This document shows positions 1 through 14,836 of a stretch of DNA of 64,000 nt, one piece after another. Source of the DNA: Octopus vulgaris (taxonomy: Eukaryota); contig OX597814.1 of assembly GCA_951406725.2 (NCBI GenBank), positions 141,732,001-141,796,000 of the forward strand. The letters run 5' to 3'. Position numbers and translations under genes: made by a program. Positions within the stretch are counted from its first letter, which is position 1. Each line of letters starts with the position of its first letter. The notes beneath the pieces are model-generated. The model searched no databases. It was not told where the DNA came from and saw nothing but the letters and a program-made list of their open reading frames with translations.

Positions 1-796
1 GGTCTTGGTCATTTGCCATTGTTTCAATAAGGCCCAATGCTTAAAAGGTGTTTTTACATGCTACCGGTGTGGGAGATTATTATGCGAACCTGACATCAGC
101 CACATTGCTTCCATAAGGCCCAATTGTTATGAGAAATAATGATACTATCTTGTAAGTGATTCTTTAGTCATGGTGTGTAGTCAGTGAGTGACCATCCCCT
201 TTTTTTATATTAGAAGCTACCTTTTTTTGAATTAGAAGCTACCTTTCTGCATCAGAATCTCCTTCCTGTTTTTAAGATCATATGAGATTTGATGAATGAC
301 TAACTGTTATTTTTAACACTATGTGATCAGAACAGTAGGCGTGAGAAGATCCTTGCCCTTAGGCAGGGCCTCTTCAAGGGAAGGGTTTGGCAGGCATGTA
401 GGTTTGGTACCTGGAGAGGCTAAAGAGCCTTGATGACTGTTTGCTACACCAATCCCTAAAATCATTGACAAATCTCACAATTTTTTGAATTCTAAAATAC
501 CATTCTCTTCCAGGGTCCATCATACAGTATTGTGTTACTTTGATAAATTTCTTTAGGAGGACCTACATTTGGGTGAAATTTTTCCCACGTGTAAATTTGA
601 AATTACTTAAATTCTCAAAAAACTTAAATAAGTTGGCATCTGATGATGATGATAATGAGGGCAAAGACGACGTCAACAACAATGGCAGGGATGATGATGA
701 TGATGGAGTGGAGACTAGTGTTTGTGAAGAAGAAAGAGAAAAAGAAGAAGAAGGGGGAGGAGGAGGAGGAGGAGGAAGAGGAGGAGGAGAAGAAGT

Positions 797-881
797 AGAA
801 GAAGAAGAAGAAGAAGAAGAAGAAGAAGAAGAAGAAGAAGAAGAAGAAGAAGAAGAAGAAGAAGAAGAAGAAGAAGAAGAA
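797..881 (+). repeat. (GAA)n microsatellite (paralogous tracts ~2927-3000 and ~5039-5066)
   Basis: Read directly; it produces the poly-E/R/K ORFs. Confidence 0.95.
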
Positions 882-1382
882 ATCCTACCCCCTACTCCAA
901 TATTAAAACTGTTTCCCTCCCATCTTGTAGGGCTCAGCCATTAACATGATTGGATACTGTCTTGTTAGCTGGTAGTTGTGAGTTCAAGCAAGCCCATTCA
1001 GAAACTACACCACTAGTCACAGGTCTTTTCTGGGTAAAATTTTCAAGAGGTAAATTCTGACAAATGGCCAACCACTAGTTTCCTTATCAAATGCCATCTA
1101 AACACACACACACACACACACAGAAAATAAAATTCCATGGTGATGATTCTAAGAGTTCACCTAGTTAATGAGCTAAGTATTCAAATACAATTTTAGGGGA
1201 AGAGGTTTAGTCAAATATATCAACCCCAGTATCTGACTGGTATTTTATCTTATTGATGCCTAGAAAGGCAAAGTTGACTGTGATAGAATTTGAACATCAT
1301 AAGTCTAACTGACCAGTGTTGACCTGGGGTTAAGCAACAACAACTCTAGACTATTAAGAGATAATATCTAAGTATTCTGTAG

Positions 1383-1545
1383 GACGGGCATCTTTCAGTT
1401 TTGGTCCACCAAATCCACTCACAAGGCTTTGGTTGGCCCAAGGTTATAGCAGAAGATACTTGCCCAAGGTGCCACACAGTGGGACTGAACCGAGAACCAT
1501 ATGATTGGGAAACAAGCTACTTACCATGAAGCCACTCCTGTGCCT
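1383..1545 (-). mobile_element. tRNA-derived CORE-type SINE, 5' half (copy also 3509-3671)
   Basis: The reverse strand reads ..GGTTCAGTCCCACTGTGTGGCACCTTGGGCAAGTATCTTC.., with a B-box-like motif and the CORE-like CCTTGGGCAAGT. Confidence 0.8.
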
Positions 1546-2423
1546 ATATATAAAATCATTTAACCTACGGTAACATAGAAAACAGGTTTTACATGATGAT
1601 GATGATGATGATGACGACGATGATGATATATGTATATGTATATATAGATATATCTATATATATCTCATGCAACTATTGCAACATAACTTAGTTTATTGCA
1701 ACATAGAATAATAATGGCAATAATACAGCTTTCAGACTCATATAAATGGCAATGATATAGCTTTCAGTGTCTTAGTCAGCTGTATGATTATTGTTGTGGT
1801 CTTGAAAATGAAGATCCACTATCCATGTCACTTGGTAGCTATTGTCCATTCAGAGGGGCCAAGGAGTTCCAATCTGACTACTTCTGTCTAATCAGTTTAT
1901 CTAGCTTGTCATAAAAATTATGAGAAAGTAGAGATAACTTATCATCATCAGCAGCATCATCATTTAATGGGTTGGATGATTTGACCAGGGCTGGTTAGCT
2001 GAGGGTCTGGTCCAGACTCTCGTCTGATTTGGCATGGTTTCTATGGTTGGGTGTCCTTCCGAACGCGAACCAGAATGAGAGCGTAATGGGTGCTTTTATG
2101 TGCCACCAGCACAGGTGCCAGTTACACGACACCTATGTTTGTCATGACTACAATTTCACTTGGCTTGATGGGTCTTCTACTCAAGCACAGCATATTGCCA
2201 AAGGTCTTGGTCATTTGTCATTGTTTCAATAAGGCCCGATGCTTAAAAGGTGTTTTTACATGCTACCGGTATGGATGCTAATTATGCGAACCTGACATCA
2301 GCCGGATTGCTTCCTTGAGGCCCACTTGTTATGAGAAATAATGATACTGTCTTGTAAGTGGTTCCCAAAATGGGCAGGTGTGTAGTCAGTGAGTGACAAT
2401 CCCCTTTTTTATATTAGAATCTA

Positions 2424-3213
2424 CCTTTTTTTGTATCAGAATCTCCTTCCTGTTTTTAAGATCATATGTGATTTGATGAATGACTAACTGTTATTTTTAA
2501 CACTACGTGATTAGAACAGTAAGCATGAGAAGATCCTTGCCCATAGGCAGGGCCTCTTCAAAAGAAGGGTTTGGCAGGCATGTAGGTTTGGTGCCTGGAG
2601 AGGCTAAAGAGCATTGATGACTGTTTGCTACACCAATCCCTAAAATCATAGACAAATCTCACAATTTTTTGAATTCTGAAATACCATTCCCTTCCAGGGC
2701 CCACCATACAGTTTTGTGTTACTTTGATAAATTTCTTTAGGAGGACCTACATTTGGGTGAAACTTTTCCCACATGTAAATTTGAAATTACTTAAATTCTC
2801 AAAAAACTTAAATAAGTTGGCATCTGATGATGATGATGATGGTAGTGATGATGGAGTGGAGACTAGTGTATGTGAAGAAGAAAAAGAAAAAAGAAGGAGG
2901 AGGAGGTGGAGGAGGAGGAGGAGGAGGAGAAGAAGAAGAAGAAGAAGAAGAAGAAGAAGAAGAAGAAGAAGAAGAAGAAGAAGAAGAAGAAGAAGAAGAA
3001 ATCCTACCCCCTACTCCTATATTAGAACTGTTTCCCTCTCCTCTTGTAGGGCTCAGCCACTAACATGAGTAGACACTGTCTTGCTAGCTGGTAGTTGTGA
3101 GTTCAAGCCCATTCAGAAACTACACCACTAGTCACAGGTCTTTTCCTGGGTAAAATTTTCAAGAAGTAAATTCTGACAAATGGACAACCACTAGTTTCCT
3201 TATCAAATGCCAT
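2424..3213 (-). pseudogene. Decayed exon-like Ser-rich segment (also ~242-1097 and ~4548-5276)
   Basis: On the minus strand a (TG)nTTTAG acceptor-like site precedes ATGGCATTTGAT..; pieces read MAFDKETSGCPFVRIYFLKILPRKRPVTSGVVSEWA and, in another frame, GVGGRISSSS..; the segment ends at an AAG|GTAG donor-like site. There are several stops and frameshifts and I recognise no homolog. Confidence 0.25.
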
Positions 3214-5384
3214 CTAAACACACACACACACACAAAATAAAATTCCATGGTGATGATTCTAAGAGTTCACCTAGTATCTTCATTTCATAGTTAATGAGCT
3301 AAGTATTTAAATACAATTTTAGGGGAAGAGGTTTAGTCAATTATATCAACCCCAGTATCTGACTGGTATTTTATCTTATTGATGCCTAGAAAGGCAAAGT
3401 TGACTGTGATAGAATTTGAACATCATAAGTCTAACTGACCAGTGTTGACCTGGGGTTAAGCAACAACAACTCCAGACTATTAAGAGATAATATCTAAGTA
3501 TTCTGTAGGACGAGCATCTTTCAGTTTTGGTCCACCAAATCCACTCACAAGGCTTTGGTTGGCCCTAGGTTATAGCAGAAGATACTTGTCCAAGGTGCCA
3601 CACAGTGGGACTGAACCGAGAACCATGTCGTTGGGAAACAAGCTACTTACCATGAAGCCACTCCTGTGCCTATATATAAAATCATTTAACCTACGGTAAC
3701 ATGGAAAACAGGTTTTACATGATGATGATGATGATGATGACAACGACGATGATATATGTAAATACATATATAGATATATCTATATATATCTCATGCAACT
3801 ATTGCAACATAGAATAATAATGGCAATAATACAGCTTTCAGACTCATATAAATGGTAATGATATAGCTTTCAGTGTCTGAGTCAGCTGTATCATTATTGT
3901 TGTGGCCTTGAAAATGAAGATCCACCATCCATGTCACTTGGTAGCTATTGTCCATTCAGAGCGGCCAAGAAGTTCCAATCTGACTACTTCTGTCTAATCA
4001 GTTTATCTAACTTGTCATAAAAACTATGAGAAAGTAGAGATAACTTATCATCATCAGCAGCAGTATCATTTAATGTGTTGGATAGTTTGACCAGGGCTGG
4101 TAAGCTGAGGGGCTGCACCAGACTCTCGTCTGATTTGGCATGGTTTCTATGGCTGGATGTCCCTCCTAATGCGAACCAGCCTGAGAGTGCAATGGGTGCT
4201 TTTATGTGCCACCAGCACAGGTGCCAGTTACACAACACCTGTGTTTGTCACGATGACAATTTCACTTGGCTTGATGAGTCTTCTACTCAAGCACAGCATA
4301 TTGCCAAAGGTCTTGGTCATTTGCCATTGTTTCAATAAGGCCCGATGCTTAAAAGGTGTTTTTACATGCTGCCGGTATGGATGCTAATTATGTGAACCTG
4401 ACATCAGCCGCATTACTTCCATGAGGCCCAGTTGTTATGAGAAATAATAATACTGTCTTGTTAGTGGTTCTTTATTCCTGGTGGAACCCAAAATGGGCAG
4501 ATGTGTAGTCTGTGAGTGACAATCCCCTTTTTTATATTAGAAGCTACCTTTCTGTATCAGAATCTCCTTCCTGTTTTTAAGATCATATGCGATTTGATGA
4601 ATGACTAACTGATATTTTTAACACTATGTGATCAGAACAGTAGGCGTGAGAAGATCCTTGCCCATAGGCAGGGCCTCTCCAAGAGTAGGGTTTGGCAGGC
4701 ATGTAGGTTTGGTGCCTGGAGAGGCTAAAGAGCATTGATGACTATTTGCCTCACCAATCCCTAAAATCATGGAAAAATCTCACAATATTTTGAATTCTAA
4801 AATAGTATTCCCTTCCAGGGCCCACCATACAGTTTTGTGTTACTTTGATAAATTTCTTTAGGAGGCCCTACGTTTGGGTGAAATTTTTCCCTCATTTAAA
4901 TTTGAAATTACTTAAATTCTCAAAAAACTTATATAAGTTGGCATCTGATGATGATGATGGCAAAGATGACGGCAACGACAATGCAGGGAAGATGATGATG
5001 ATGATGATGATGGTGGTGGAGTGGAGACTAGAGTTTGTGAAGAAGAAGAAGAAGAAGAAGAAGAAGTCCTACCCCCTACTCCAATATTAAAACTGTTTCC
5101 CTCCCATCTTGTAGGGCTCAGCCATTAACATGATTGGATACTGTCTTGTTAGCTGGTAGTTGTGAGTTCAAGCCCATTCAGAAACTACACCACTAGTCAC
5201 AGGCTTTTCCTGGGTAAGATTTTCAAGAAGTAAATTCTGACAAATGGACAACCACTAGTTTCTTTATCTAATGCCATTTGAACACACACACACACACACA
5301 CACAAAATAAAATTCCATGTTGATGATTCTAAGAGTTCATCTAGTACCTTCATCTCATAGTTAATGAGCTAAGTATTTCAAAAT

Positions 5385-5580
5385 TTTAGCACAAAGCCAG
5401 CAATTTTAAGGGAAGAGGTTTAGTCAATTATATCAACCCCAGTATCTGACTGGTATTTTATCTTATTGATGCCTGGAAAGGCAAAGTTGACCGTAATAGG
5501 ATTTGAACTCAGAATGTAAATAAATGTGAGGAAATACCTCAATAGAGTTTATCCGCTGCACTAATGGTTCTGCCAGCTTG
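5385..5580 (-). mobile_element. tRNA-derived SINE family 2 (central GTCAACTTTGCCTTT..ATAAAATA..TACCAG block)
   Basis: Matches copies at ~10210-10415, 22482-22660, 25215-25400, 26120-26285, 39400-39580, 44565-44765, 62260-62390 and 63170-63290. Confidence 0.75.
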
Positions 5581-6532
5581 TAATAATGATGATCGTGGTG
5601 TAATAATGATGATGAACATGATGAATATGATGATGATGATAATGATAAAAGAAAAGACTTTTTTTTGTTTACTTCTGGTTTATTCTGCAACATGGTATCT
5701 TTAAGCAGAAATAGCAGCCTCTCAAATATCACCCTGCCATTGTACAAAACAATAGATTGTTCAATGGCTTGGATACATATCATCATAAGTCTACTTGACC
5801 AGTGTTGACCTGGGGCTAAGCAACAACAACTGTAGACTATTAAGAGATAATATCTAAGTATTTTGTAGAAAATCAATAGAATAGTATCTAGTTATGATTT
5901 TATTTTTTATTACATATGTGAAGTACTTGTAAATATACTTAAAGCCAAATTAGATAACTGTTTTCATCCCAAGAATATTACAGGTATTTCATAAAGAACA
6001 GTCAATAGTAAAAGTAGTAAGTGACAAGTAAAGTCAGATTGTCTAAAGTGTGATTTGAAATCTGAAAAGAACAAAAACAAAAACAAAAAAAAGATAAGGG
6101 AGGTTGTACATGGTCTCTTGACTTACTAGAAATAGCAATCAAATCTCAATCATGTTACACCTTACAGTTTTAAAAACCATAAGGAGACATTTGATAATGT
6201 AATTTCTAGACAGGTCATACTAGGCTGAAGGAAAGAAAGAGCAAAAAATGGGATAGTCACAACTTCAATGCATTTTGATAATAGATCTGATTGATTTGGA
6301 TACCTGAGGCTAAATGATCTGAAAAACTAAATTTAGTCTAGCCACTCTCCCACATTACAACCCTCTGTTCCCACCACCACCACCACCTACTTCATCAAAT
6401 TCTTATTACTTTCTTTCTTTTTCTTCCTGTATCATATACCACTGGAACAATAACCCATTCCATCTACCACTCCTAGAAAAGAAAAGAAAAGAAAAAAACA
6501 TCACATGCACATGCACACACACATATACAAAT

Positions 6533-6632
6533 TAATAATAATGATAATGATGATAATAATGATAATGATGATAATAATAATAATAATAATAATGATGATG
6601 ATGATGATGATAATAATAATAATAATAATAAT
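6533..6632 (+). repeat. (AAT/GAT)n compound microsatellite
   Basis: Read directly. Confidence 0.9.
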
Positions 6633-8122
6633 GTACAGCAAAAAGATAAAAAATAAAATAAATTACAATAAAATAAAATGAAATAAAATAATATAAAATA
6701 AATTCAACAATTTTTATTTTAAAAACAAAAACAAAAAAGGTAAGAAAAGAGCAAAGTTGATGGGAATCAGCTATTAATCTGGGTAATTTGTTAAAAGCTC
6801 AAGTTTGATTCATCCTCTGCCATTTACCAACATTGATTACTGTAATTAGGAAATCTATGACAGAACTCAATTTGACTTTCTTTATCAGTCATCATCACCC
6901 CACCACTACCATCAACACCACTTTCACTACCACCACCACCACCACCAAAACCACGACTACCATTACCACCACCTTATATTTGCCACTACCACTACCACTA
7001 CCACTACCACCTACACCACAGCCTTTTCTCTTCTATAAGATTTAAGGTTAAGAAGAAAGTCATTTGATTTAAGGATGGGTAGTGAATGTTTTTGTTGGAG
7101 AATTCTATTTTTATGCAGTTCCATGTGTTTAATTGATTACACAAACACAAACACACAATGAACAGTAATATCAGACACATATACCCAAACCATATACATA
7201 TATGTATCTTATCATTATCACATATATGTAAATGTATATTCTTAGAAACATTTATTCTCTCACACTCACATACATATACACACATGCAATCACTTAAAAA
7301 TATAAACACTCACACACACGCATATCCACGTTTATAGTTATATAAATAAGGGTTCATGGCTTGTTACTCTCAAAAAGAAACTAGATTTCTCTCGGAGATA
7401 ATCTAAAAGACAAGCTGAAAACGACAGGTTGTGAAAAGATACTGAAGACAAATTTCGAAGAAATACTATAGACAAGCTTTGATGAAACATTGAACACAGG
7501 TTTCGAAGAGTGGCAGAAGCCAAACAGAAGATAGACTGAAGAAAAGTTCAAGATAGATTGAAGTGAGATTAAGAAACTTGATAGAAATCAGATTCAAAAA
7601 TACGACAAGAAAGAAATCAAAAATAGATTAAAAAAAAAAAAAAAGGAAGCATAAAAAAAAAAAACAGAGATTCGAGGATTCACTGAAGCTAGACAAAACA
7701 AATACTGGCATTAAATAGAAAGGAAACTGAAGAATCTGTGCAGTCTGTAATTTTCAGTTGAAGACAAATTGAATCGAGAAATTGAGAAGAATCTGAAGAA
7801 AGACAGAAAGCTGACCACAGACATACAGACCAAAGTAGAAGAGTTAGAAAAAGTAAGAAAGAGAGGAGACTAGAAAGAGACCAGTATTGTTAAGGTATGT
7901 GTTATAGAAATTATATTGTGTATTGAAACAATTGAAACATCATGGGGCAAGATAATTTATGTAAATATAGAGATGTCACTCGGAAACAGGTGAGGGCTGG
8001 CATCAGGAAGAGCATCCAACCATAGAAAACCTGCCAAACAAACAGTGCTGCATACACACACATACACATATATATATAGCATTTATACATACATACACAC
8101 ACACACATATACATACACACAC

Positions 8123-8474
8123 ATTGTTACATTTTGGGATGGTCATTTTATTATTTTACCAAATAAAATCATGCACTATATATTTGTTCTTCACTCCAGC
8201 TTTATTATTATTCTTATTCTAGTGTCCTTTGTCAGAAATCTTTTGTCACACATCCCATCCCGTGACCTCATCAGCAACTCTCCATCTCATGTGACTAAAT
8301 GGACAGGAGGAGACATGTGGGATGGAGAGTCGATGAAGAGGTCACAGGATGTATGACAAAAGACACTAAAATCAGAAGAATAGTCAGGCTGTATTGAAGA
8401 ACAAGTATGTAGTGTGTGTGTGTGTGGTTAATTGGCAAAAAGAAAAAAATATGTCCATCCCAAAATATAACAAT
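8123..8474. mobile_element. Fold-back/MITE-like element, near-complete imperfect palindrome
   Basis: Left end ATTGTTACATTTTGGGATGGTCAT matches the reverse complement of the right end, ATTGTTATATTTTGGGATGGACAT. Inner arms also pair (TAGTGTCCTTTGTCA/TGACAAAAGACACTA; GTGACCTC..ACTCTCCATC/GATGGAGAGT..GAGGTCAC). Confidence 0.75.
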
Positions 8475-9007
8475 ATCTGTTTCAACACATGATTTCACAT
8501 CAGGAAACTTGCAAACATAAATGTATGTATATATATATATATATAATGATTTATACACATATACATACATATATCTTAATAATTATGATGAGCACTCTTC
8601 TTTACTATTTCTTCTCTGTCTATCTCTCCCTCCCTTTGTTTTTCATCCTTTCTGGTTTTCTCTCTCATCCCTCCCTATTCTTCTCCTCTCTCCTTCAAAG
8701 TTCCATCTCTCTTACTCTTCCTTCTTGACTCTCTCATCTCTGACACGTGATCAGAGGGAAGCCATCTTTCCGACTGCTTTCTTCACCAAGACCAGGCCAG
8801 CTTATCCTGTCTCTTTCATAAGCTGTCTCCTTAAGCCTTCAGAATAATTTTTCCATCATCTTGGTTTACAGCCCTCATCGTTTGTTTTACTGTTTTGTTC
8901 TCATTGTTCTGTCTTTTACGGTTTTTACATTTTTATTGTTAGGAAGGGCATCCAGCTGTAGGAACATATATATACATATACATACATATATATATATATA
9001 TATATAT

Positions 9008-9297
9008 CTTTTTTACTCTTTTACTCTTTTACTTGTTTCAGTCATTTGACTGCGGCCATGCTGGAGCACCGCCTTTAATCGAGCAACTCGACCCAGGACT
9101 TATTCTTTTGTAAGCCCAGTACTTATTCTATCGGTCTCTTTTTGCCGAACCGCTAAGTTACGGGGACGTAAACACACCAGCATTGGTCGGGCCGAGGCTA
9201 TAGCAGAAGACACTTGCCCAAGATGCCATGCAGTGGGACTGAACCCGGAACCATGTGGTTGGTAAGCAAGCTACTTACCACACAGCCATTCCTGCGC

Positions 9298-9300
<3 letters not shown>
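9008..9300 (-). mobile_element. CORE-type SINE, internally deleted, CpG-intact
   Basis: The reverse strand reads GGCGCAGGAATGGCTGTGTGGTAAGTAGC..GGTTCAGTCCCACTGC..TTGGGCAAGTGTC, with a 3' tail ending (AAAAGAGT)n. Confidence 0.85.
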
Positions 9301-9340
<40 letters not shown>

Positions 9341-9348
9341 GGTAGGTA

Positions 9349-9664
9349 GGGTCAGGAGTGGCTGTGTGGTAAGTAGCTTGCTTACCAACCACATGGTTCT
9401 GGGTTTAGTCCCATTGCATGGCACCTTGGGCAAGAGTTTTCTACTATAGCCTCAGGCCGACCAAAGCCTTGTGAGTGGATTTGATAGACGAAAACTGACA
9501 GAAGCTCGTCGTATATATATATGTATATGTTTGTGTGTCTGCGTTTGCCCCCCCCCCCGCAACAGCGCTTGACAACCGATGCTGGTGTGTTTACGTCCCC
9601 GTCACTTAGTGGTTCGGCAAGAGAGACCGATAGAATAAGTATAAGGCTTACAAAGAATAAGTCC

Positions 9665-9665
<1 letters not shown>
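9349..9665 (+). mobile_element. CORE-type SINE, head-to-head with the previous copy
   Basis: CAGGAGTGGCTGTGTGGTAAGTAGC..GGCACCTTGGGCAAG..GTGAGTGGATTTG..CGGCAAGAGAGACCGATAGAATAAG. Confidence 0.85.
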
Positions 9666-9710
<45 letters not shown>

Positions 9711-10929
9711 TTTACACACACACACACACATTTTTAGGCAACACTCAGATAAGGGGCTGAAATTCAAAGTAACATACCGGCAGTAAAATGAATTTTAGTA
9801 ATACTTCTGTAGCAGATGGCATTCCACGAATTCGAACCTGGGATGTTTAAATTCAAAAGCCAAAATCGCTGTCTAATAATAGCAGTATATTTAGTAATAT
9901 ACATAAATGTCACTGGTGAACAGTCGTTCTATATTTGCTGGTATCCAGCTAATTATTTGCGATGTCAGTTGGTGACAGGCGGTGATAGTAAAAAGAAACG
10001 AAAGTTTAATTTTCGTTAACAAAAGGGTCTATAGATCATTCTAGAACATCTTGTCGAGCTTATAAAAACCATGGAGTTCAACTAACCTTCTTGGAGAATA
10101 TGTTCATATTGCAGCTGTAGGCCGTGTGTCTCTCGAAACTCGTCAACTTTCTAAGAGATTACATCTGTTGTAACAGTCAACTATTATAGCCACAAGGCCT
10201 ATAATAATCTTTCTATTGTAGACACAAGGCCTGATTTTTAGGGGAAATGGTAGGTCTATTACATCGACCCCAGTGTGAAACTGGTACTTATTTCATCGAC
10301 CCCAAAAGAGATGGAAGGCAAAGTCGACTTCGGCGAAATTCGAATCTGAATGTAAAGACGGATGAAATGCTAAGCATTTTGTCCGTTGTGTTAACGATTC
10401 AGCCAGCTCGCTGCCTTAACTGTAATCAAGGAATTATTTTTTGATTCCTTACTTCATGATTCACACACGACATACATATAGCAAGTTGTACCTTATGTAC
10501 ATTGGAAATGTTTAGTATTAATAAACATTATTAGATAATTCTTTCTCGTTAATTATTCATCATATTAACATAACGTAACCACACATTTCTAATAATTATC
10601 CAGTATAAGCATCAAAACACGCATCTTCCCAAGTAAATATGGCCATGGATAAATTCATGAATATTTATACTTGCTGTCATACTTGATCGGCTACGTTCAT
10701 TGCCGTCATGCTCATCACAGCACTGTAACTCACTACTGAATATATATTTCTAATTGGGTAATTCAATGTAGTTTAAAGTTATAAATATTAAAATGAATAT
10801 GATAAATACGGTGTATGAAAATGAACTCGTAAGCTTTATTTATGCACTGGAAATTGAAGGAGAAACATAATATGGTTCTAAATTACAGTTATGTGGTAAA
10901 TCTTAAACGTTTAAAACACAAACGTTCAT

Positions 10930-12610
<1,681 letters not shown>

Positions 12611-13020
12611 CTATACTCACAAAATGACGATGAATTCTAAAGCCAAAATCACATCTTGAATTGGTAGCATTCTTTCTGATCGCACCATCGCACAATGTAT
12701 AGATGGAGCTATTTCTCAATCAAATTTGGTGTTCACCGGATTTCGGTTTTATCCCTCGCTCTCCTCTACTCTCGCTCTCCTCTACTAGCCGCCTCAGCCA
12801 ACAACCACCACTCTCATGATCCGATCACCCTTTTTTTTCTGTAGATATGTAGCGGATGGGTGTTGTTTATAGTGGACTGAGTTGAGCTGACAGAATGTAA
12901 CATGAGATTGATTTGAAGGAGGATATATGTTTTATCTACAAACCGAAATTTGTTTATATACTTTAAATTGGTAACGAGATGTATTTATATACGTTAAAAC
13001 ATCATTGCAGGATTCTTTTC

Positions 13021-14836
13021 TTATTTAGTTTGGAGCTTGGGTATCTTGATTTTCATAATTTGTTTTTTACTTGCTGTTGGTTGCTCACTATATCTTTCTT
13101 GTTGTTTATTGTTATTTGAAAGTCGATAGGCATTTTTGCCACAAACTTCTGCATCAGTGTAAGGACCTGTGCGGCGTTCCGTAAAACGTCCTACCTTTCT
13201 GAGTCTCGAATTAGGTTTTTGAGTAGAACTTTATTTCCAACACTGAACTGCTATTGCTCGTGTATTCTATTGTATTGTTCTTTTTGAACGGACTTAGCTA
13301 TTCTAATATTGAAAGCAAATTGAGAAATCATACTGTCCCGAATAGCTGTCATAACATCAATTTTTCTGGATATAGATTGATCATTTCCAAAACTGTCCTG
13401 GTCTTTCACAGTTGAGTTGTGCTGTAGTTCAACTGGAAGCAGAACAGGATTAACCATTAAGCAAAATAAGCACGTACTTAGGGCATCAAGGGAAGGAGGG
13501 GGCACCACAGAAATGGTAAATGATTTACGGCACAAAAGAAATAATTTTAAACTTGCTAAAATAATATTCGGGATTCCTTTATCTCTGCTAAGTATAGATG
13601 AAGATGTGTAACATCAGATTAATTTTCAGGAGCTGATCAAAGACTTCGCAATTCAAAGAAGTAGGAGGAAACTTTTCAAATATAAATAACTTTTATTTTC
13701 CCTCTTACTGTTTTGTTTCGTTTTGAAAAATAAGAAATTATTTTATGGTTTGTTATTGTTTGTATTTTGAATTACATAATCTTTTATGGAGGGTGGGGCA
13801 CCAGAATCTTTTAACTGCTTGGGGCCTCTATGGGTTTTAATCCGGCCCTGACTGGAAGTGTAGCTTGCCTGTTGTATAAAATTTGAATCGCGGTATAATG
13901 TGTTAAAGAATGTTTGGGTGTTCGATACGCAAACAGAACTACTGGTAAGCATTCAATCCGGTCGCCACGGTCCTCAAAGGATTTGATAAAAGCATCTTTT
14001 ATGGTGCGATTCTGTCGCTCCACGAGGCCATTTGCTTGAGGGTGATAAGCACTCAAGCAAATGTGCTGCTGTTCCTGACAGTTTATGTAGTTCTGCAGAC
14101 ACTCTAAGAATTCTCTTCCTTGGTCATTTATCTGAATTTTTATACAGCAATGCCGACAAATAACATCCTCAAAGAGAAACTTTCGCATACTTTCCGCTGT
14201 GTGAACTTTCAAAGGTCGAGCTTCAGGCCATTTGGAAAAGTAATCCATTGCAAAAACAATGCAACAATAACCATCATCTGTTTTCGGTAAATTGGTGATA
14301 TTTGGGCCATCACTTCATTTGGCACAGGAACAGGATGAAGCTCTCAAACATTAATTTTGCGAACAGGTTTCACTTTTTGACACCGATCGCAAGACAAAAC
14401 GAACTCTTTCGTGTCTTTCCCCACATTTTCCCAATAAAACCTCTCCAAAATTTTAGCCCTTGTTTTGTCGACACCAAGATGACTTCCCAAGCAAGGGGCT
14501 GTATCACTATCTCCACAGTATATGTGAATACATGAAATAATACTCTTCTATTCATCCGGATTGCGAATGACCAAGACTTCTCGATATTCATTTTCAGAAT
14601 TTCTTGCTCTCTCTCTCTGCTCTGTGACGATAGTAGAGTTGACCACTCCGTGCAACATAATGCTTAGAGAGCCTACGTAGGTTTGCCTTTTCGTTTTTGG
14701 ACATATGAGGTGCATATTTGTTGTCAACAACATAATCAAATATCGAATCAATGATATCAGCTTTGTCCTGTGTAGCCATTCTGGATATGCATCTTTCAAA
14801 TTTCTTCAGCTTTAAGTGACTAAGTGAAAACTCCAT
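13021..14836 (-). mobile_element. Gypsy-like integrase-only element (Ginger/GIN-type DNA transposon), degenerate
   Basis: N-terminal helical region (ORF 14594-14836), Zn-finger GSHLGVDKT..ILERFYW..V..CDRCQK (~14370-14490), rve core DYFSKWPEARPL..DQGREF..SAYHPQANGLVERQNRTIK..LFAYRT (ORF 13811-14248), and GPY/F module FSVGNKVLLKN..RTGPY (~13160-13247). No gag or RT lies upstream. Confidence 0.85.
13440..13850 (+). mobile_element. Non-autonomous hAT element nested in the integrase
   Basis: Perfect 8-bp TSD ACTGGAAG (13432-13439, 13851-13858). Termini CAGAACAGGATTAA and TTAATCCGGCCCTG are imperfect TIRs. Internal SLSLLSIDEDV*HQINFQELIKDFAIQRSRRKLF resembles the hAT C-terminal dimerisation tail. 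Confidence 0.9.

Larger units (their letters stand above)
1..5868. repeat. Tandem triplication (units <1-1382, 1383-3508, 3509-5868)
   Basis: The same sequence recurs three times. GGTCTTGGTCATTTG occurs at 1, 2203 and 4309; near-identical MINFFRR.. ORFs start at 540, 2724 and 4845; units end at TAAGTATT(C/T)TGTAG (1382, 3508, 5868), after which copy 3 diverges. Confidence 0.95.

Noticed and set aside
540-944. Acidic poly-E ORF and its paralogs at 2724, 2827 and 4845
   Set aside because: These arise from GAT/GGA/GAA microsatellites; three of the four start at TTG, and the frame is not conserved between copies (E versus R versus K).
7330-7900. Purine-rich block ending in AAG|GTATGT
   Set aside because: There is no sustained plus-strand ORF and I recognise no family; it cannot be called an exon or LTR from sequence alone.
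9349-9430. tRNA-like A/B-box sequences
   Set aside because: These are SINE heads continuing into CORE-like bodies; no complete cloverleaf is present.
12848-12860. TGTAGCG as the opposite Ginger terminus
   Set aside because: It gives only a 6-of-7-bp match to the 15073 end and has no matching CCGG flank.
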